Shown here one piece after another: positions 8,840 through 15,675 of a DNA stretch of 15,675 bases. Origin of the DNA: Octopus sinensis. Taxonomy: Eukaryota. How positions within the stretch are numbered: the stretch's first letter is position 1; each line of letters starts with the position of its first letter. A model generated the notes under the pieces. It was given only the letters and a program-made list of their open reading frames with translations, was not told the DNA's origin and searched no databases. The position numbers were made by a program, and so were the translations under genes. Location of the stretch: positions 1 to 15,675 of the forward strand of contig NW_021825383.1 of the NCBI RefSeq assembly GCF_006345805.1. Direction: 5' to 3'.

Positions 8840-9160
8840 ACCCCGCCACACATCCACCAACCGCTATACCATTTGACCGCCGTCCTTCGTCCCGCCGTCC
8901 CACCAACACAGGCACACTTTGTGATAATACAAACAACAAGATTATCAAACAGAAGAGCAAGATCGGCGAAATAGTTCGATCCTCACCTGGTATTACAATG
9001 GCGGCCTCTGTTTAAATTGGCGATCTTCAAAGGACATTCGTGTTTATATGTTACACCACGTCATTATCAATATCCATTATCTGCTTTCATCGCGGAGAAT
9101 GTTTTTTCAACTGGGTATTTGTTAGACAGACATATGTCTACGCATTCGTACGTGCGGGGG
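8840..9160 (-). promoter_or_regulatory. CpG-rich island; candidate promoter or non-coding first exon
   Basis: About 20 CpGs in ~320 bp by eye. GC-box-like ccccgcc/cccgcc, YY1-like caatggcggc at 8996-9005, and a strong minus-strand donor CAG|GTGAGG at 8989-8981. Confidence 0.25.
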
Positions 9161-9182
9161 CTATATGTACTCATGTACTTAT

Positions 9183-9860
9183 GTATGCATGTATGTATGT
9201 ATGTATGTATGTATGTATGTATGTATGTATGTATGTATGTGTGTGTGTATGTATGTATGTATGTATGTATGTATGTATGTATGTATGTATGTGTGTGTGT
9301 ATGTATGTATGTATGTATGTATGTATGTATGTATGTATGTGTGTATGTATGAATGTATGTATGTATGTATGTATGTATTATATATGTATGTATGTATGTA
9401 CGTATGTATGTATGCATGAAAGTATGTATGTATGTATGTATGTATGTATGCATGTAAGTATGTAGGTAGGTAGGTAGGTAAGTATGTAGCTATGTAGGTA
9501 TAGTTTACACACATATATATATATATGTATATATGTGTGTGTGTGTGTATATAGCAATATATAGTATATATGCAAATAAGATATATGCATATTTATATAT
9601 ACATCTCTGTAAACATAGGCATACACACAGAAGCATTTATATACATATACATACATATATTTATATATATATGTGTGTATGCATGTGTGTGTGTGTGTGT
9701 AAATACACACCCACACAGACACACACATACATATGTATATACATACATATATACATAGAGAAACATATAATATATATCTTATGTATCGTATACATAAATA
9801 TATAAATGTGTGTATGCATGTATGTATCTGTATAATTATATTATCTGCGCGCGCGCGTGT
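9183..9860. repeat. (TGTA)n array followed by mixed (TA)/(TG)/(CA) microsatellites
   Basis: Read directly. It explains the ORFs at 9017-9918. Confidence 0.96.
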
Positions 9861-9923
9861 ATATGACAGTAAATTAAAGCGACGAACTGGCAGAGTTATT
9901 ATATTTACAAACAATTAAACTTT

Positions 9924-10020
9924 GCGGTACTTGCTCTGGATCTGTGTACACTGGGTTCAAATCTCACTGAAACCATGTTTCTTTTTTCCTCTCCTCTTTG
10001 GAGTCGATAAATTAATTACT
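9924..10020 (+). mobile_element. Diverged remnant of the second SINE family (same as 11423-11667)
   Basis: gcggtacttgctctg...ctgggttcaaatctc...ggagtcgataaattaattac resembles the reverse complement of 11550-11635 (gcggtatttcgtctg...ctgagttcaaattgc...ggggtcgattaaataaatg). Confidence 0.5.
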
Positions 10021-10275
10021 TCCGAATCTCTGCTAGCTATGAAACATATATAGCCTGGACTTTACTCTTTTCCCCAATTTTTGGTTGTTATTCGCATGCA
10101 CAGCAACCGCAGTATTGGCTTTTGTTTGTTACTTATTATTCTTGAGTGCCTGCTGGTTACTGAGTCCATCCTCTTGCTAAGTGCAGGTTCTTGAAAGATC
10201 CTTCCAGCTACTAGTATTGGTACAAATTGCTTATATTTCTAAATGTGAAGACATTTGTGGTAGCAATGTAGATCC

Positions 10276-10375
10276 GACCGGTTGTGGTTTCGTCACGACC
10301 CCGTAAACTAGCAGTTAAACATTTGAGTTCGATTTGATTAAGAAAACCTTTCAGCATGGTGCCTCAGTTACAAGT
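10276..10375 (+). mobile_element. Diverged 3' remnant of the OR-type SINE
   Basis: gaccccgtaaactagcagtt...ttcgatttg...tcagcatggt...caagt parallels 1625-1760 (gtctccgtaagctagtggtt...gtcgatttg...ccagcatgcc...caagt), with deletions. Confidence 0.45.
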
Positions 10376-10533
10376 TAATTAGAATATTCGTGAACTATAA
10401 AATAACTCACTTCAGTTTATCGAACTTCGATATGGGGAAACATTTACAACCGTCTACATATCGATAAACCCCTATTGTTCCTGAAAATGGTGCTTTATGC
10501 CTTCTACGAACAGCATCTTTATGCGTGCATATA

Positions 10534-11017
10534 TTTTTATTCTTTTATTCTTTTATTCTCTTATTCTTTTACTTGTTGCAGTCATTTGACTGAGACCATG
10601 CAGGAGCACTGCCTTTTAGTCGAGCAAATCGATCCCAGGACCTATTCTATGTAAGCCTAGTACTTATCCTATCGGTCTCTTTTGCCAAACCGCTAAGTTA
10701 CGGGGACGTAAACACACCACTATCGGTTGTCAAGCGATGTTGGGGGGGGGCAAACACAGACACACAAACACACACACACATGTATATATATATATATATT
10801 ATATATATATATATACATATATACGACGGACTTCTTTCAGTTTCCGTCTACCAAATCCCCTCACAAGGCTTCGGTTGGCCCGAGGCTATAGTAGAAGACA
10901 CTTGCCCAAGATACCACGCAGTGGGACTGAACCCAGAACCATGTGGTTGGTCAGCAAGCTACTTACCACATAGCGACTTTTGCGCCTATAACTTACCACA
11001 CAGCCACTCCTGCGCCT
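10534..11017 (-). mobile_element. Full-length OR-type tRNA-derived SINE with a tandemly duplicated 5' head
   Basis: B-box ggttcagtccc at 10933-10923, an (AAAAGAAT)n tail at ~10534-10575, and a 30-bp head duplication (10961-10990 / 10991-11020). Homologous to 1371-1781. Confidence 0.92.
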
Positions 11018-11422
11018 ATATATCGATATGTATATTTATAAATCGTTTGTAGGGTAAATATTCGCCAAAATGCATAATTCAAATAAATTTTGGAGCACGT
11101 AGGTACAGGCTGCTTGAAAAACTGTTCTAGATATGCTAAATGCATACATGCATAAGCACATACATACGCATTCGTCCATCGGAGCGATGAGGACCATCTA
11201 ATCATCCCATGAACGATGACTGAAGGCTGGCGTGTTGACTTTGCTTAAAGTGAAAAAATAACCGCGCACTGTCAACCTCACTGTCTCGAACGCGACCATC
11301 TTCAATCCTGTCGCCAGACCAGGTCAAGACGATTGCGAATGGAGACGAATGCAGTGGATGACCAAGGGACCCTACTTCGCTCTCTGCACTCCACAATGCG
11401 TTGTTGCAACCGCAACCCACAC

Positions 11423-11667
11423 CAGAACGTAGCGGCAGACGAAATACCTATTTATTTATTACCCACATGGGGCTAAACATAGAGGGGACAGACAAGGACA
11501 GACAAAGGGATTTAGTCGATTACATCGACCCCAGTGCATAACTGGCATTTATTTAATCGACCCCGAAAGGATGAAAGGCCAAGTCGACCTCGGCGCAATT
11601 TGAACTCAGAACGTAAGAGCAGACGAAATACCGCTAAGCATTTCACCCGGCGTGCTAACAATTCTGC
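11423..11667 (-). mobile_element. Second tRNA-derived SINE family copy, slightly 5'-truncated
   Basis: B-box-like gagttcaaatt at 11607-11597. Two ggggtcgat motifs (11524-11532, 11556-11564) are shared with the OR-type SINE body. The tail re-enters the element's own internal sequence (11423-11448 ~ 11607-11632). Confidence 0.85.
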
Positions 11668-11755
11668 ATATAATAATTATAATAAAAATAAAACGGGTGG
11701 TTATGTGTGGAACACTTTTGATCATATAAATGTCCTCGATGACGGCCGACATGAA

Positions 11756-11846
11756 GCAACAACAACAATAACAATAACGACAACAACAACAAACGGAATA
11801 GTTACAAGAAGAACAAGAGAACCAACAACAGCAACAACAACAACAT
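11756..11846. repeat. (AAC/AAT)n trinucleotide repeat
   Basis: Read directly. Confidence 0.9.
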
Positions 11847-12309
11847 GGCGTCATCAACAATACGTTAAAATGTGTGAATTATATCTGGAACTTATAAGAA
11901 CACGGGTGAAAGTTAAACAGTATTGCAAGCAATCAAAATATAATAGGTGTACCCAGGTAAGATAAAGGATGGACAGCTTTTGCATAATTTGTCTGTGTTG
12001 TATTATATAGAAGCCGGGTGGCTTATTTGTTTGTTTGTTTATTATTTTATATTAGTTTTTGGTACCGTTTTAGGTTCTTTGTTTTTTTTTTTTGGCCGCT
12101 TGATACGGAATGGTACATGTTTACTTAAACAAACAATCGTATGAAGCTCTTCAACAATCATCAAACGATCGGGAAAAAGAAAAGTGAAAAAAAAAGGAAT
12201 AAAGCCCTTTGAAGATCTATCTACACAGTCGTACATCAAAGCCCCACGATGAACAATTTACTCTGGTCATTGTTCTTGCTAAAGAGATTGTGATGTGATG
12301 ATCGTAGTG

Positions 12310-13015
12310 TTGGCGCTGGTGAGGGCGGCGGTAGTGGCTGTGGTAGTAGTAGTGGTAGTGGTAATGGTGGTGGTGGTAGTGGTGGTGGTGGTGGTGGTGG
12401 TGGTGGTGGTGGTAGTTGTAGTGGTGGTAGTGGAGGTGGTAGCGGCTATGTTGTCGTAGGTGTGATAAGCGAGGTGTGGTGGTATTATTGGAGAGGTGAA
12501 GATGGCTGAGGTGGTAGTTGATGGTGGTAGTGTGGTGGTGGTGGTGGTGAAGGCTGTGTTTTTGTGTCTATCTGTCTAATGCCAATGCACCACCATGACA
12601 GCGACAACCACCACCGCCGCCACCATCACCACCGCCGCCACCATCACCACCACCGTCACCATCACCACCACTACCGCCATCACCACCACTACCGCCATCA
12701 CCACCACTACCGCCACCACCACCATGACCACCATCACTACCATCACGACCATCAACACCAAAACCACCATCATCACCACAAGAAACCTCTTCACCGCCAC
12801 CACCCACCACCACCACTACAACCACCACAACCACCACCACCTCTTACCCTCCCAACAGCTATCTCTCCACACCCAGCATACACCAACAACAACAGTAACA
12901 ACAACATTACCACTCGCTGCTGTCGACCCTAGTGCCAATCCCCACCGTCACCACACCCCAGCACCACCAACACCACCACACCACTACAACCACCGCAACC
13001 ACCACCACCATTATA
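12310..13015. repeat. Head-to-head (GGT)n ~12310-12552 and (CAC)n ~12588-13015 trinucleotide arrays
   Basis: Read directly. It explains the poly-G/V/T/H ORFs at 12564-13254. Confidence 0.95.
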
Positions 13016-13065
13016 ATCACTCAGTCCTATATAAATATTGTCCTTCGCAATTAGCTGCGAAATTC

Positions 13066-13283
13066 TCTCCCTCTCCCTATCTATCACTCTCTCTCTCTCT
13101 ATCACATATACACACACTCTCTCTCTCTCACTCTCTTTCACTGTCTTTCACTGTGTCTCAATTTATTCTATTGTGTTGTTGTTTAAGATGGACGTTTGCG
13201 GTGACTCGTTTCTCTTTTATGTCAAGAATAACACTTACACCACGTATTGCATGAACACATCTATGTACATAGGATGGTTGCGC

Positions 13284-13334
<51 letters not shown>

Positions 13335-13453
13335 CGTGCGAGAGTGACTGTGTATGAGTTTCTGTTTGTGCGTGTACAAGGGTTGGTGTTGCTATGTATG
13401 TATGTATGTATGTATGTATGTATGTATGGATATACGTAAAAATATATAGGTAA

Positions 13454-13522
<69 letters not shown>

Positions 13523-13613
13523 CAGATAGACAGACAGATAGACAAACGGGCAGATAGACAGACAGACAAATAGATAGATAGAAAGATGGATAGATAGATA
13601 GACAGACAGATAC

Positions 13614-13660
<47 letters not shown>

Positions 13661-13790
13661 CATACATACATACATACATACATACATACATACATACATA
13701 GACAGACAGATGGATAGATAAATAGGTAGACAAACAGACAGACAGATAAACAGACGCATACAAATATAGATATAGATGCAAATTTTTTGT
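13066..13790. repeat. Compound microsatellite: (CT)n, (TG)n, (TATG)n, (GATA/GACA)n, (CATA)n
   Basis: Read directly. It explains the LSIY and HTHT ORFs. Confidence 0.96.
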
Positions 13791-13819
13791 ATTTGCATTT
13801 ATATATTTATATATTTATA

Positions 13820-14124
13820 TATTTCCTGGAGGAATTTATCCAGGTACCGTTTGAAAGTTGTCGGGGTTTTTTTCTACTTTAATTTCTTTCGGGATAACAT
13901 AGAAAAGGGCAGGAGCGTTTGCAGTGAAGAAATTGTGTCGCAATGTCCATATGTGATGTGATCTCGACCTTTGTAGGGGACGTATTGCACAAGGGGCCTA
14001 GTCTTGGGTGAATTGTAAGCATAATACCAATATCATTTGGATAATATTGGTGGACTATTTTCCACATGTTGCAAATAAGGTATCGCTTGAGCTTGAGTCG
14101 AGCCCAATAATCAAGTCCTATCAT
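13820..14124 (-). mobile_element. CR1-like LINE ORF2 C-terminal fragment (inverted copy)
   Basis: Translation GLDYWARLKLKRYLICNMWKIVHQYYPNDIGIMLTIHPRLGP resembles the L.YW.RLK.L...RY.I...WKI...PND motif downstream of CR1-group RT domains. The L.SL.RRR.R segment is missing. Confidence 0.75.
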
Positions 14125-14378
14125 GCCATTTATATTATATAATATAGTCCACCAATATTATCAAATGATATTGGTATTATGCTTACAATTCCACCCAAGA
14201 CTAGGCCCCTTGTGCAATACGTCCCCTACAAGGTCGAGATCACATCACATGGACATGCGACACAATTTCTTCACTGCAAACGCTCCTGCCCTTTTCTATG
14301 TTATCCCGAAAGAAATTAAAGTAGAAAAAAACCCCGACAACTTTCAAACGGTACCTGGATAAATTCCTCCAGGAAATA
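13820..14378. repeat. Long inverted repeat: arms 13820-14058 (239 bp) and 14144-14378 (235 bp), 85-bp spacer
   Basis: Manual reverse-complement alignment shows 0 substitutions and 5 small indels (four of 1 nt, one of 2 nt). Confidence 0.97.
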
Positions 14379-14525
14379 CCGGATAAATCACCTACACCGG
14401 GATACGTCTCAACCAACAGCACCTCTCTGCTTGAGTGGTTCATGTTGTCCCGAAATGATCAACTAAAAGACTTTTTCGGGTGGTGCTACTGAGTTAGTCA
14501 TGGCCTGGGCCGATTATGGCAGAAA
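14144..14525 (+). mobile_element. CR1-like LINE ORF2 C-terminus plus probable 3' UTR (forward copy)
   Basis: IVHQYY...RHNFFTANAPALFYVIPKEIKVEKNPDNF, then a frameshift, then KRYLDKFLQEIPDKSPTPGYVSTNSTSLLEWFMLSRNDQLKDFFGWCY* (stop 14490-14492). This is the F...P.LFN.LP and FK..LDKFL..IPD.P..PGY C-terminal pattern. The UTR extent is uncertain. Confidence 0.78.
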
Positions 14526-14534
14526 GTTATATAT

Positions 14535-14956
14535 TCTTTTATTCTTTTATTCTCTCATTTGTTTTAGTCATTTGACTGCGGTCATGCAGGAGCACCGCCT
14601 TTAGTCGAGCAAATCGACCCCAGGACTTATTCTTTGAAAACCTAGTACTTATTTATCGAGCTCTCTTGCCAAACCGCTAAGTGACGCGAACGTAAACACA
14701 CCAGCATTAGTTGTCAATCGATGTTGGGGGACAAACACACACGTACAAACATATACATACATATACATATATACGACGGGCTTCTTTCAGTTTCCGTCTA
14801 CCAAATCCACTCACAACGCATCTATTTTCTTTCCACCACCTCACTCTCTATAGTAGAGAGTCAGGCTATAGTAGAAGACACTTGCCCAAGGTGCCACGCA
14901 GTGGAACTGAACCCTGAACCATGTGGTTGGGAAGCAAGCTACTTACTACGCAGCCA
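14535..14956 (-). mobile_element. OR-type tRNA-derived SINE, about 11 nt 5'-truncated, with a 9-bp TSD and an internal 46-bp replacement
   Basis: Homologous to 1371-1781. TSD gttatatat at 14526-14534 and 14957-14965. Foreign segment at 14817-14862. Confidence 0.9.
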
Positions 14957-15320
14957 GTTATATATATATATATAAGAATTTTTTGCGTAATAAGATAAAA
15001 ACCCAAGGCTGTGTAGATATTAGAGCATTTATAGATAGGTCTTTACAGCTGTTTCCAGGATATTTATCAATTGTATACCTTCATCGGAGACGGTGTGAGA
15101 GGAGGGATAAGCAATAATTAATTTATATGGGATGCAAAATAGAGAATGAGGTGGAGGAAAGAAAATAGATGCAAGATATGTATGGGTATTGAAGTTGTAA
15201 ATCCATGTTTTAGGCATAATGGTATATATGCAATATTCCAATATCCTATGAGGTAAAGTCCAACAGAGTTTAAAATGAGTCCTTCCAAATATAGAGTTTA
15301 AAAGCGATGTAAGATTCCCT

Positions 15321-15497
15321 TATGAGTGAGATCCAGCACATTTTTAAACTTGGTCATTCCCAGTAAGGAATTTATAATGCACTTTCTAATACACTTCCTA
15401 TTTTTAGGTCACTTTAAATAAAAAACCTTTGACTCTGCTATACTGGATATAAATTCTCTACAGGGAATGACCAAGTTTAAAATCTGGCTGAATCTCA

Positions 15498-15503
<6 letters not shown>
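15321..15503. mobile_element. MITE-like element with ~56-bp imperfect terminal inverted repeats
   Basis: Arms 15321-15376 and 15448-15503 match at 47/56 positions ungapped, with a perfect 20-bp core ttttaaacttggtcattccc (15342-15361 / 15463-15482). TA occurs at both outer ends, and the spacer is 71 bp. Confidence 0.6.

Positions 15504-15558
<55 letters not shown>
15501..15558. repeat. (TA)n microsatellite
   Basis: Read directly. Confidence 0.97.
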
Positions 15559-15559
<1 letters not shown>

Positions 15560-15675
15560 AAAATATTAGAAAAAAAACACCTTTTATCAATTCAGATGAA
15601 TAATTAAATTACACCATCTAGAAATTACATATATAAAAGATATTCTTTTCTAGATGGTATAGGAATATCCTTCAA

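Noticed and set aside
8724-8960. Neuropeptide-precursor-like ORF (hydrophobic start, GRR sites)
   Set aside because: It starts at TTG with no in-frame ATG before the upstream stop, and its 3' half is a unit of the tandem array.
12564-13254. His/Thr/Gly-rich ORFs up to 219 aa
   Set aside because: Translations of the (CAC)n/(GGT)n arrays.

Overview
AT-rich, repeat-saturated eukaryotic non-coding DNA (intronic or intergenic). The SINE families and the compound TACA/GATA/CAC microsatellites point to an octopus or other coleoid cephalopod; this is inferred from pattern recognition, with no database search. No intact protein-coding gene is supported, and almost every ORF in the track is a translated microsatellite or repeat. 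Supported content: three near-full-length tRNA-derived SINEs of one family, a second SINE family, and several old remnants; two collinear minus-strand fragments of a mariner transposase (C-terminal 972-1183, N-terminal 3668-4018); a 636-bp non-autonomous Helitron with canonical ends (3011-3646); a Penelope-type repeat carrying a degenerate minimal hammerhead-ribozyme fold (735-770); a CR1-like LINE 3' fragment arranged as a ~560-bp fold-back palindrome with substitution-free arms (13820-14378); and a MITE-like inverted repeat (15321-15503). The largest structure these features do not explain is a ~1.4-kb degenerate tandem array of a ~111-bp unit (about 12 copies, ~7455-8830). It lies between a CCAAT/TATA/octamer motif cluster and a CpG-rich island with a strong splice donor.
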